Shown piece by piece: positions 18,952 to 29,661 of a DNA stretch of 64,000 bases (the first letter of the stretch is position 1; the number at the start of each line of letters is the position of its first letter). This DNA comes from an uncultured Spirochaetaceae bacterium (GTDB taxonomy: Bacteria > Myxococcota_A > UBA9160 > UBA4427): contig CAZAUR010000018.1 in NCBI GenBank assembly GCA_964488255.1, forward strand, positions 6,596-70,595. Reading direction: 5' to 3'. Both the position numbers and the translations under genes were made by a program. The notes under the pieces are model-generated. The model was not told where the DNA came from. It made no database searches and was given only the letters and a program-made list of their open reading frames with translations.

Positions 18952-19890
18952 CTAGCTCGACAGCTCAGCGCTGAATCGCACCGACAGATAGACGGCGTAG
19001 AACAGGAGCAGAATCGCGCCTTGAACCCGTCCGAGAGGCCTCGCAGACCGCATGTCGACGGCGAGCATGCCCGAGAGGGCGACGAACGCGAAGAGATCCA
19101 GAGTCGCCAGGCGGGGGAACGCAATGGGCTCGACCATTGCGGTCGAGCCGAGAATGAACATCAAGTTGAACGCGTTGGAGCCGAGGACCGTGCCCATGAC
19201 CATTGCCGACTCACCCCGCCTCAGCGCGGCGAGCGAAGTGAACAACTCAGGCAGGCTCGTGCCCAGCGCGACGACCGACAAACCGACCAGCTCCTGGGGC
19301 CAGTCGAGTGTCGCAGCGAGCGCGACTGCTCCATGCACGAGGACTTCGGCCCCTGCGAACAGGAACGAAAGGCCGGCTGCCGAGAGCGCAGCCGGCTTCC
19401 AAGCCGACCTGCGATCCAAGGCCTTCGTGTCTTGCGCGGCGTTTAGCGACCGGTCACCGCGCGAATAGACGACGAACACCACCAGGAGCGCGGCACCGGG
19501 GCGTCGGCCGACTGAAGACGCTCCAGCCGCGGCTCCGGCGCCGAGCAAGAACCGTACGGCTACGCTGAAAATGAGCGCACGGCGCTCAACCGAAGACGAC
19601 TCGGGGCGAAACGATCGCATGATCGCGGCAATACCGAGAACCAGACCTAGATTCGCGATATTGGAACCCAGCACGTTTCCGAAGGCGAGTTCCGTGTGGC
19701 CGTTGTACGCAGCAGAGGCGTTGACGGCGAATTCTGGAGCGCTTGTCGCGACGGCGAGCAGCGTCGCTCCCGTCGTCTAGCTGGAGAGACCCAACCGCCG
19801 AGCGAGCTGGATCGCGCCCACGATGAAGGCTTCGCCGCCGACCAGGAGAAGTGTGAGGCCGCGAGCGACGGTCACGATATCAAGGCTCAC
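18952..19890 (-). pseudogene. Ca2+/Na+ (CaCA, YrbG-like) antiporter with in-frame TAG at 19777-19779
   Basis: Alpha-1 ATSAPE...GNVLGSNIANLGLVLG and alpha-2 GTSLPEL...GTVLGSNAFN repeats. GTG start overlaps the upstream stop. The TAG is collinear with the Leu of LGVSPLVIG-type homologues. Confidence 0.85.
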
Positions 19891-21179
19891 CGCCGACCAG
19901 ACCCCCTGCCACTTTGCTGAGTTCGATCGGCCGGATCGCGAACGAAGGCAGGCGAAGCCTCGGCGATTGCCTTCAGGCGTTCGAGGCGGTGCAGCTCGTC
20001 GGCCGGAACATGCGTACCGCTCGAACCGCTGTAGCCCAGTAGAACATCGTCCCGAAGGGCATCGTAGGCTCGGCGTGCGAGCTCGGTCCCCGGAGCATGA
20101 TCGATCGTACATTCGAAGTAGAAGTCGCTCTTCGGGGGCCAGTAGTCGCGACCGATAGCCTGATCGGCTCGGCCCATTTCGAAACACCCTGCGGCCAGCT
20201 CTTCGTTGGAGCGGTCACGCGATGCGAGCCAGTCCGAGAGAATTCTCGAGGCGATCACGGCGTGGGCGCGTGCCCTCATTCCTGAAGCGCCGCGACCGAC
20301 CTGTTGGGCGGCAGCAAGTTCCGCGCGTGCGGACGAGAGCGTTTCGGCCGGCGGATGCCGAACCACCTCGTTCAAGGCCTCGATCCATTGGCGCAGATCC
20401 GAACGGAAACTCCCGCTCAGTCCGTCATGGTGGGAAAGACGATCGATGGTCTTCGTCACCCGTGCGGGGCTCCGTGCTCCGCGTACTCCGGCGATCAGGT
20501 AGTCCAGCGCGATCCCGTCGAGTACGTGGGTCGGCGTCGACGGATCGTCGAGCGCCGCTTCACCGATGGAGAGCGCCTCTTCGATCTGGTAGGTCGCCAG
20601 CGCCAATCGCATGCGCTCGCGAGCGTCCAGTCTTTGAAACGGGCGGAGTCTTGCGAATCCCGCCGCCAGGGGCGCTGCGTGTGGCCGTGCTATTTCCAAA
20701 TGGCAGCTGACACACTCGTCTACTGATTCCCGAACGAAGAATGCCGCGCTCTCGTAGTTCTTTTCGGAAATCGCCTTCCACGCTCGCTGGTAGTCGTCGA
20801 CGAGTGTTCCTGCGAGGAGCCTGTCGAGAGGATCCGCGGCGTGCTCGAACACGTCCGCGGCTCCGGTTTGCAGATTCTCGAGCTCCTCTTCTGCGGAGGA
20901 CCGTTCTCTGGCGAACCCGTTTCCATCGATTTCGACCGCAAGAGGCAGAAGCACGCGAATTGCTGCGTAGATACGATCCATGGCCTCCCGCGTCTCGTCC
21001 GCCTGCTTGTCTGACACCTCCGAATGGGCCGGGTACGCACAGCCGTTGAACGACACCGTGAAACCGACGAGCGTCAAGACGAGCACGCGCCAAATCCAGC
21101 CCTGTCCGACGCCCGAACTCGCGATCACCAACGGCGGCTCAAGCTCGACCCTGCCGGCTCGTCGCAGCGGTGCGCCCAT
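19887..21179 (-). CDS. Lipoprotein with a single c-type heme motif and TPR-like helical C-terminus
   Basis: Lipobox FNGC, helical bundle ending in ECVSCH, then long helical repeats. Paralog at 5604-6402. Start codon uncertain. Confidence 0.75.
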   Translation of the reverse strand: MGAPLRRAGRVELEPPLVIASSGVGQGWIWRVLVLTLVGFTVSFNGCAYPAHSEVSDKQADETREAMDRIYAAIRVLLPLAVEIDGNGFARERSSAEEELENLQTGAADVFEHAADPLDRLLAGTLVDDYQRAWKAISEKNYESAAFFVRESVDECVSCHLEIARPHAAPLAAGFARLRPFQRLDARERMRLALATYQIEEALSIGEAALDDPSTPTHVLDGIALDYLIAGVRGARSPARVTKTIDRLSHHDGLSGSFRSDLRQWIEALNEVVRHPPAETLSSARAELAAAQQVGRGASGMRARAHAVIASRILSDWLASRDRSNEELAAGCFEMGRADQAIGRDYWPPKSDFYFECTIDHAPGTELARRAYDALRDDVLLGYSGSSGTHVPADELHRLERLKAIAEASPAFVRDPADRTQQSGRGSGRR

Positions 21180-21186
21180 GAATTTT

Positions 21187-21570
21187 CTAGACCATATACG
21201 CGGCTAGAACGAGGACGAAGAGCCCGCCCACGAGGGTGTAGAGCGAGAGCGTGACCGACAAGAGGACGGCGGACTGTTCGCGCTCGAACTCCGCTCGATC
21301 CTCGGCCGTCGCGAGCTCATGTGGAGGCGACGCGACGGCGATGAGCAGGGCAGCGACCGTTCCCACGGCCACGAACGGCAGCCAGTAGGTCACCCAGCCC
21401 TCAGCGTGAATCGGCGCCAGCCAAGCGCCGCCAGCCCACGCGCAGAGGAAGATCAAACTTCCGAAGGCCCACCGCCTCTGCCTCGTACCGCGCTGATTCG
21501 AAAACCTGAGAAGCGCCCAGGACAGCGCGATCGCGACGACCAGTGCCAGTCCTACGTCTGTGAAGAACAT
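21187..21570 (-). CDS. Small membrane protein with about 4 TM segments
   Basis: GAGGAGG RBS and ATG at 21570, with four hydrophobic segments. Confidence 0.7.
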   Translation of the reverse strand: MFFTDVGLALVVAIALSWALLRFSNQRGTRQRRWAFGSLIFLCAWAGGAWLAPIHAEGWVTYWLPFVAVGTVAALLIAVASPPHELATAEDRAEFEREQSAVLLSVTLSLYTLVGGLFVLVLAAYMV

Positions 21571-21832
21571 TCGACACCTCCTCGCTCGAACCCATTCGCA
21601 TGATTCGGTGATCACGAGTGTCGGATGCAAGAATGGACAATCGGCGAAGGCTTGATGAACATCTGTTCATGAGGCTCGTTCGCGCGACGATCTGTCGCCC
21701 GATCTACGGTCGCCAGGTCGTCTCCGCCTCTGCCGGGGTTGTCGCGGAGCGGAGGATGATCGGGCTCGATCTTCTCCACGCGAGGAACCTGCGCGATTAC
21801 GATTCGGGTGAGCCCGCCTGGCCCCTTCCGTA

Positions 21833-22615
21833 TCACGTGCCGACGGTCTCCATCCATGACGACACCCGGTCCACGACGCGCTCGCGTACAGAGGGGTCGC
21901 TCTTCCTCAGAATCGCCTGAATCGACGTGATCTCTCGATCCAGGCCTTCGAGCTCCGATTCATTCCCGTTCTCGCCGCCTTCTACCGGCGTCAGCCCGGC
22001 AAGACGACTCTTCGCGCGCTCGAATGCCATATGGCCGCTTTCGTAGATGTCGTCGGCAATCAAATTTCGGGCGAGTGAGAGATCGTCGTGGATCGCCGGG
22101 CGGGATCGGAGACGACCTGCTCGTCAGTGACCGCATTCCTGAACACGCCCGTCAGGGCGACACGGGCGCCTGCTTCGTCATCGGCGACGAGCTTTGATTC
22201 CGCTTCGGCGACGGCCGACGAGACCTCGCGGAGATCGACGGAGATCGGCGGAGATGGTCGCTTCCGTTACTCCGGCATCCAACTCTGTGACGTCGGCGTC
22301 GCGGAAAGCGCGATGGGTCTCCCGGTAGTCGCTCAGGAGAAAAACGTCGTCCACGGCTGGAACGTAGTAGTGCCGTGGCTCGTCCTCGAACTTGCACGAG
22401 AGCTTTCCGTAATCGTACTGCGTGACCGATCGAACCTGCGGCGCGCTCGCCTCTTTGTGTGAGAGCGTTCTCGTTCGGGCGCGCTGCTCGTCGATTTCGC
22501 GCGAGATTCTCTCACCTTCGGTCTCCGCGACTTCTCCCGACGCAGAAACCGCTGGACCGAGAGCGATGGCCAGTGCTGCCGTACACGCAACGATCGTTCG
22601 GATTGGTCGAATCAT
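21833..22615 (-). pseudogene. Secreted YfdX-like protein, two frameshifts
   Basis: Signal peptide and YYVPAVDDVFLLSDY. Removing one 10-bp repeat unit (22229-22258) gives ...ISADLREVSSAVAEAESKL..DDEAGARVAL. A second shift near 22120 joins PAIHDDLSLARNLIADDIYESGHMAFERA. The YfdX resemblance is by eye only. Confidence 0.5.
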
Positions 22616-23238
22616 CTTGACTGACTCCATGCACCGACGCCGTCCGGCCAGGTGCTCGTCATTTCGATTCGTCGCGGAACCGATGCACCATCTCTCCTCG
22701 AGGCCTGTATGACGCGTGAACGGGAGTTCAGCCAGACGGAGCTCCGCGGCCGATGCCTGGGGCAGCGTCGATTCGGATGAACGATTGTTCATCCGCTGGA
22801 AACGGCGGGGTCAATCCGGGCGACGATGATGGAAAAACCTGCCGACCGCACGCAACCGAGTGCACGAGAAGACGTAGTGATGGAGGTGATGGACATGCCG
22901 CTGATCCGGAGGCCCATTCGAATGGACACGAGATTTCAGAGACGTGAAGCGAGTATCGGCGAAGAGGCGGTCGCGCGACCGCTCCGACACCCAGAGCCGG
23001 TGGCGCCCTGTGATCTACTCTCCCGTTCTCGCGCGCGAAGGGCTCGACGAGGAAGGCGAGGCGGGATCGGTCGCGAATTCGGTTTCGATGACCTCGATGA
23101 GCGTGTGAGTGGCGAGGCGAGCCCGAACATCCAAGCGTGACTCCCGGCGCGGCGGAGCGTACGACGATGAGTCGAGCGCGAGTTCCCTTCGCTGTATCCT
23201 GAGTTCGCCAACGGAATCGACGAGGGACTCCGACCGAA

Positions 23239-23922
23239 ATGAATATCCTGCTCCTAGAAGATGACCAGGTGACCGCCGACTATCTTTCGAAATCGATGGG
23301 AGAATCCGGTCATCACGTCGTGCACGCATCGGACGGCTTGGAGGGCCTCAATGAGGCCATGACCGGCGACTTCGACGTGATGATCGTCGATCGTATGGTT
23401 CCGTCGCTCGACGGATTGAGTGTGATCGAAGCACTCAGAAAGGCGGGCCGAGAGCTACCCGTCCTGATCCTGAGCGCCCTCGACGCAGTCGATGAGCGGG
23501 TGAAGGGTCTGCGATCTGGCGGGGACGACTACATGACGAAGCCGTTCGCCTTTTCCGAGCTGCTTGCGCGCGTCGAGGTCCTCGCGTCCCGCCGACGTTC
23601 GGGCGAGAGTCCGACCACGCGACTCGCCATCGGCGATCTTGAATTGGATTTGCTCACCCGAAAGGTCCGGCGGGGGGCGCGGGATATCGACCTCAAACCA
23701 CGAGAGTTCGCGCTCTTGGAATACCTCATGCGCCACGAGGGGCAGGTCGTCACACGCACGATGCTTCTCGAGTCGGTCTGGGATTTCAACTTCGATCCGA
23801 AGACGAATGTGATCGACGTGCACATCAGTCGATTGCGCAAGAAGATCGATCGCGACTCTTCGAGACCGCTTCTCCAGACGGTACGAGGCGTCGGCTACGT
23901 GCTCCGGACGAGTGCGAGTTGA
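23239..23922 (+). CDS. OmpR-family response regulator
   Basis: LLLEDD, DVMIVDRM.P..DG, DDYMTKPFAFSELLAR, winged helix NVIDVHISRLRKKID. Confidence 0.96.
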   Translation: MNILLLEDDQVTADYLSKSMGESGHHVVHASDGLEGLNEAMTGDFDVMIVDRMVPSLDGLSVIEALRKAGRELPVLILSALDAVDERVKGLRSGGDDYMTKPFAFSELLARVEVLASRRRSGESPTTRLAIGDLELDLLTRKVRRGARDIDLKPREFALLEYLMRHEGQVVTRTMLLESVWDFNFDPKTNVIDVHISRLRKKIDRDSSRPLLQTVRGVGYVLRTSAS

Positions 23923-25277
23923 ACGTTCGAATCCGCACGCGGCTCAGCTTGGCGACCATGGCTTTCGTCGCGGCGACGGCGGCGATCGTGATCGCCGTCG
24001 TCTACGTGGCAACCGTGTCGACGCTCAACGAACGCGCGAGCGAGACGGTTCGCGAGGAGCTGAATTCGCTGACGAACCACTGGCGCAAGGGGGGAGTTTC
24101 GAGTCTCGCGGGTGAGGTTCAGCGTCGCTCCGAAGAAGCGGGCGGAGACGGGTTCGTCTACCTCTTGGCCAAGGAAGAGCAGACGCCCGTCATCGGAAAC
24201 ATTCGGGAGTGGCCGACTGGGCATCAAACGGGCGAACAGGGGAGTCAGATTCCAGTCACGCATCGCGAGGCAGACGTCTGGCTTCTGAAGCACGTCAGTC
24301 TCGAATCGATCCAGTTGGATGACCATCAGCTTCTCGTTGGGCGCGACTTCTCCCATCACGATGAGGCGATTGATACTCTGGGCACTGCCGCGATCGCGGG
24401 ACTCGGGTTCACGGCGCTGCTCGCGATTGCTGCGGGTCTTTCGGTCGGCCAGCGACTCCTGGGTAGGGTCGAGGGAATGCAGTCCAAGATCGCGAGCATT
24501 CTTCGCGGCGCTCGTAATGAGCGTGTCGCTGTCGGTTCCGCTGGTGATGAATTCGACGAACTGGCGACTCACTTCAATCAGTTGCTGGATGAGAATGAGC
24601 AGCTGCTCGCGCAGGTTCGCGAGACCACGAACAACATTGCTCACGACCTCCGCACACCGCTTCAGCGGATGAGAAGCCGAATCGAGGGCGCGCTCTCATC
24701 CAGCGGCGATCTCGACTCCGAAGCCCCGGTTCTGCACGCACTTTCTGGGGATGTCGATCAGCTGCTCGCGACTTTCAACGGACTGCTGCAGATCGCGAGG
24801 GTCGAGGCGGACGAGATTCGCGAGGGAATGGAGCCTACGCCCGTCGGATCAGTGGTCGACGACATCCAGGATCTCTACGATCCACTTGCCGATGAAGTCG
24901 ACATGAGATTCGAGATCGACATCGAGCCCGACCTACGAGTGATCGTGGACCGTCAATTGCTTTCGCAGGCGATCGCGAACCTCGTCGATAACGCGATAAA
25001 ATACGCGCGAGAGGGCGGTCTGATCGCCATCCGCGCGCGGCGGAGTGGAGACCGGGTCGTTCTATCCGTCGGCGATCGGGGTCCGGGAGTTCCAGAGGAG
25101 GATCGAGCGCACGTCGTCGAGCGATTGGCTCGACTCGACGCTTCGCGGACAGTTCCTGGCTCGGGGCTTGGCCTGAGCTTCGTAGCCGCCGTCGCTCGCC
25201 TTCACGGTACGGAGCTTCGGCTCGTCGACAATGGGCCTGGGCTGCGGGCGGAGCTCTCGCTGCCGGCGGCCTCCTGA
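23919..25277 (+). CDS. HAMP-domain sensor histidine kinase
   Basis: Two TMs, HAMP (DEFDELA..FN), IAHDLRTPL, NLVDNAIKY, DRGPGV, GSGLGLS. Overlaps the regulator stop. Confidence 0.95.
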   Translation: MNVRIRTRLSLATMAFVAATAAIVIAVVYVATVSTLNERASETVREELNSLTNHWRKGGVSSLAGEVQRRSEEAGGDGFVYLLAKEEQTPVIGNIREWPTGHQTGEQGSQIPVTHREADVWLLKHVSLESIQLDDHQLLVGRDFSHHDEAIDTLGTAAIAGLGFTALLAIAAGLSVGQRLLGRVEGMQSKIASILRGARNERVAVGSAGDEFDELATHFNQLLDENEQLLAQVRETTNNIAHDLRTPLQRMRSRIEGALSSSGDLDSEAPVLHALSGDVDQLLATFNGLLQIARVEADEIREGMEPTPVGSVVDDIQDLYDPLADEVDMRFEIDIEPDLRVIVDRQLLSQAIANLVDNAIKYAREGGLIAIRARRSGDRVVLSVGDRGPGVPEEDRAHVVERLARLDASRTVPGSGLGLSFVAAVARLHGTELRLVDNGPGLRAELSLPAAS

Positions 25278-25550
25278 TCAGTTGGAGAGCGGCGCGATGG
25301 TTGACCAGCTGTAGAGCGTCGGGGGCCGTCTCCGTGATCGGGCTCCGGCCCATCGAATTTCGACCGAGGGGATTGAGCGACCCGACTGATCCCCTTCTGG
25401 TCTGGGCATTCTCGAATGCCGCGCGGAAACTCAACTTTGGGGGTAGGAATGCGGTGTCAGGGTTCGGTTGGGTCGACATGTCCAACGCGGCCGCGCCTCG
25501 GTCGAGTGTCGAACGGCAAGCTGGGAGGGCGTCGCGCTCCCGCGATACGA

Positions 25551-26096
25551 ATGACGCGAACCGGGTCGCCTCGCGCGCTCGAGTCGCTCGCGTTCGCGGC
25601 GGTCATGCTCTCGGTCATGCTATCCGCCGGGTGCGCGACGTCGCCCGAGCGTAGCTTCCTTGTCGGTAGCTGGACCGCACCGTCGGGAGCCAATCAGAAG
25701 GTGACGATTCGGTTGCATCGCGAAATGAAGGGGCGGGGCTCGCTGTCCACGCAACTCGGTCCCGTCGGTGAGCGATTTTCCGGCGAGTACCTGCGCCTCG
25801 ACGAGACGGTCGAAGACGCTCGCCTGCGACGCATCCACCGGATGTGGGTCTCCGATCATTTCGAGCAGGTCCCCCCGAGTCTCCCCGGTCAGCATCCATG
25901 GGGGAGCAGTATCACTCTGGACGGATTTCGACACCACTACGACCGTCACGTCGTTGCGACTCTGCGTGGTGACAGAGGGCACATCATGCGCTGCCGTCTC
26001 GAGCTCCTCGACTCGAAACGCGGCTTGCGAGCTGGTGCCCGCGGTGAATGTGATTTGAGTACCGGGGATCGAATTCTCTTCGACGGCCGACGATGA
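25551..26096 (+). CDS. Beta-rich lipoprotein, hypothetical
   Basis: Lipobox LSAGC, then ATLRGDRG..MRCRL...G..GEC. It lies directly upstream of dabA. Confidence 0.65.
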   Translation: MTRTGSPRALESLAFAAVMLSVMLSAGCATSPERSFLVGSWTAPSGANQKVTIRLHREMKGRGSLSTQLGPVGERFSGEYLRLDETVEDARLRRIHRMWVSDHFEQVPPSLPGQHPWGSSITLDGFRHHYDRHVVATLRGDRGHIMRCRLELLDSKRGLRAGARGECDLSTGDRILFDGRR

Positions 26097-26198
26097 CGAC
26101 ACGCGAGCGCCCTGTTCTTCGAGTCGATCGAATCGAAACTCCTCGGAGATCCGCGAGGGCCGCGGGGGATCAGCTCGTGCACGACCAGGAGACCATCA

Positions 26199-29100
26199 TT
26201 GCCTCATTCCCATGAACGAGAGGGCGATGCTTCTCGTGACCTCGATTCCGCTGAACGATCCATTCGCGAAGTGGTTCTCCACGCCGCTCATCTATTGCCG
26301 GCACAAGGTTCGATCGAGGTCTTCGTCCACCACAACACCCTTCACGCGCTCGCGGGTCACGCGTTTCATGAGGGCGTAAAGCGTGGACAGGAACGGTTCG
26401 GCGGGAATCCCTATTTGTCCGAGGTCAGATACGGAGAACTCCTTCGGAGCGGCCGAATCGTTGCGTCGGATCTGGACTGGGTCATCTCGGGCGATGTAGA
26501 CGCTCCGCCCGAGGAGACGATTGCCGGGTTGTGCTCCCGACTCGAGCTTCGGCGAGCCATGCTCTATCACCCTGTCCGCGAACACTCCGAAGCCGAGCTA
26601 GCGTGGACACTCTTCGAGACGGATGCGCTCGTTCGGTTCGACCGCGAGGTCTCCGAATCGAAGCGAACACGTGAGATAGGCGAAACCAATCGTTGGCTTC
26701 TCGATGCGTCATGCGACGCCGAGACCATGGACTTCGCCTCGAAATCAGTCGGGCGCCGAAGAGGTGATCGACCCGGCGAGTGGTCCGACGAGGCGTGGGA
26801 GCGCGTCACGCTCGCACTTCTCTGGGAAGCGTGTCGACGCGGGGTCGAGAATCATACGACTCGACCTCGACCCGCGTCGACGTATCGGACACCTGTCGAA
26901 ATGGTTCGCGTCGCGACGGGTCACGACGCCAACCGATACGTCTTCGACGTGCTCATTCGATTCTGTGGGAGCTACCTGGATCAAGGGTATGCCGAATGGT
27001 CGTTGCCGAAGCGCGAGGCGGGGATCTACCGATCATTCCTGGCCCTTTTCGGATCCGGGAGCGCGTTCGGAGACGCATGGATGAGCGGCCTGCAGTCCGA
27101 GCTCCGGGAGCGCCAGAGATCAGGCGTGTCGGCGGAAGCGTCCATTCTCCGGTCGCTCGACGAGCTGGGCATCGCGGAAGAGGACCGCGAAGAGTACGTG
27201 ATTCGCACGCTCCTCTCGCTTCGAGGGTGGGCGGGCATGGTGTGGGAGATGGAGAACGCAGCTGCCTGGGTCGTCAAGCCGGCTCCTCCGGGTTCGTTGG
27301 TTGGCTATCTGGCTGTTCAGCTCCTCCTCGAGCAACAGGCGGTTGCTCACATTGCGAGGCAATCGTTCGGAAGCGGGGGTTCGATCGGAGAGCTTCTCGC
27401 CAGCGTGAGGACGGAGGGGCACGAGGACGCGTCGCGCTCGGCCGAGCGCCACGCGTATCAGATCTTTCGCGTCGGGCAGGCGCTCGGCTGGTCGGCGAGT
27501 GCGTTGTCCGAATTGAGCGCCGAGCAATGGTCGGCGCTGGTCTCGGAAGTCGAAGACTTCGACGAGATCGCGCGTCGGCGGACGATGCACGAGGCGTTCG
27601 AACGGGGCTACCGAGTTCATGCACTCGATGCTTTTGCCAACCACGCTCGTTCGATCAGCGATTCACGCTCAGACGAGCGCCCGTCTCATCCGTCGTTTCA
27701 GATCGTCTGCTGCATCGACGATCGAGAGGAGTCGTTTCGACGCCATCTCGAGGAAATCGACCCGACATGCGAGACGTTCGGCGCCGCGGGCTTCTTCGCC
27801 GTTGCGATTCAATACCGGGGCGCGACGGATGGCTTCTACAAACCCTTGTGTCCGGCAGTCATCGAGCCGGATCACTATGTGGAGGAGCATGTCGGCTATT
27901 CATTCGAGGGCGTACATCGCGCTCGCTCTGATCTGCGGAGTCGCCTCGGTCGAGCGCAGTACTACTTCCATACACGGAGCCGTACCTTCTTTGGAGGCAT
28001 CGCGACCGGAATCGTTGGTTCTCTCGCGACCGTCCCGCTCGTCTCGCGAGTCGTGTTTCCGCACCTGACCGCGCGGGTGCGACGTCGGTTCGGCCATCTC
28101 CTGCAGCCGCCGATCACACAGCTTCACCTACACCGCCACGAGGATCCGCCCGGTCCTGATGGAGGGCACGTCGGTTTCGTTCGAGACGAGATGGCAGAAG
28201 TCGTCACTCGGCTGCTCCAGGACATCGGCCTCACTGCGACGGCGGACTTCTCACGCCTCGTGATCATCTGCGGCCATGGGTCGTCGAGTCTCAATAATCC
28301 GCACGAATCGGCCTATTGCTGCGGCGCTTGTGCCGGGAAGCGCGGGGGGCCGAACGCGCGCGCGTTCGCCGAGATGGCGAACGATTTCCGCGTTCGAGTG
28401 CTCGTTGCGGAGCGCGGGATCGAGATCCCCGAAGAGACAGTCTTCATCGGCGCGTATCACAACACATGTGACGACTCCGTCGTCTACTTCGATCTGGACC
28501 GGCTTCCGTCGTCGCATCGGGATGCGTTCGAAGACACGCGACGGCATGTCGAGGAGGCACGGCGGCGGAACGCTCATGAGCGTTGCCGTCGATTCGGATC
28601 GGCCGCGCTGGACCTCGATCTCGAGGGCGCTCTCCGACATGTCGAGGCTCGCTCGCAGGATCTCGCGCAGGCTCGACCCGAGTACAACCACGCGACGAAT
28701 GCATTGTGTCTCGTCGGGCGTCGGGCCTGGAGTCGAGGGCTATTTCTCGACCGGCGCGCGTTTCTGACTTCGTACGATCCGGCGCAGGACGACGACCAGT
28801 CGTCGGTTCTGCTGCGGATTCTCTCGGCCGCGATCCCCGTGTGCGCGGGGATCAGCCTCGAGTACTACTTCTCGTGCGTGGATTTCGTGACCTACGGGTC
28901 CGGAAACAAGCTCCCCCACAATTTGATTTCGATGCTGGGCGTGATGGAAGGGGCGTCGAGTGACCTGCGTACCGGGCTCTATCAGCAAATGGTCGAGATC
29001 CACGAACCACTCCGACTGCTCTTCGTGATCGAGACGACGCCGGACGTCATGTTGTCGATCATGGATCGCAACGAGGACATCGGACGGCTCTGTCGAGGTG

Positions 29101-29288
29101 GCTGGATCTAGTTGGCGGTCATCGATCCGAAGTCATCGGTGATACGGGTCTTCCGCGACGGTGCTTTTGAAGCGTACGAGCCGTCGTCCGAGACGTTGCT
29201 GGACGCGCCGTCCTCGCTCGAGTGCTACGAGAATTCAAGGGACCACGCGCCCATTCGAGCGGTGCCTTCGGCCGCTCCTCGATTCTGA
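26199..29288 (+). pseudogene. dabA: DUF2309/UPF0753 (DabA/MpsB, beta-carbonic-anhydrase-like subunit of an inorganic carbon pump), TAG at 29109-29111
   Basis: LPAQGSIEVFVHHNTLH, CCIDDREESFRRHLE, ETFGAAGFF, GHGSSSLNNP..SAYCCGAC.G..GG.NAR, LFLDRRAFL.SYD, INLEYYFS-like ISLEYYFS. Collinear coding continues 59 codons past the TAG. Confidence 0.92.
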
Positions 29289-29603
29289 TACCAGCGCGCA
29301 CAGGCGGGCCGATGTGCCCGCCGCGCGGGCCCCGTCGGGCAGCGGGGCTTTCAGAGCGCGCGAGCCACGAAGCGTGTACGCATGGGCGTCGAACTCGGCA
29401 GCGACCCCGCGTTCGTCGAAGGCACGTCGCAGCACCGTCTTCGCCTCGGGTTGCCTCGCGTCGCCGTACGCTGTGACTGAGAAAGGGGAGGGGGCATCGA
29501 TTCGGGAGCCAGAAGATGCTGCCTGTCCACGCGACCGATGATCAGCCGTCCGCGATGCATGGAAAGAGGCCCCGGCGCCGATGCGGCCCGCGCTGGCGGC
29601 GGA

Positions 29604-29615
29604 CCCCCCCCCCCC
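29604..29615. repeat. C12/G12 homopolymer
   Basis: 12 consecutive C in the gap between the dabA and HgcAB-like gene ends. Confidence 0.8.
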
Positions 29616-29661
29616 GCGCCGTCGTCGACCTCCAACACGACGCCTCGGCTCGCGACCCGAA

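Noticed and set aside
22826-23140. 104-aa ORF upstream of the response regulator
   Set aside because: No RBS, signal peptide or motif that I can support; left unannotated.
19777-29111. Amber recoding or pyrrolysine to explain the in-frame TAG codons in CaCA and dabA
   Set aside because: TAG ends many intact genes here (thiolase, trkA, SulP, tnpB). The two sites correspond to different residues (Leu, Gln), each one substitution from TAG.
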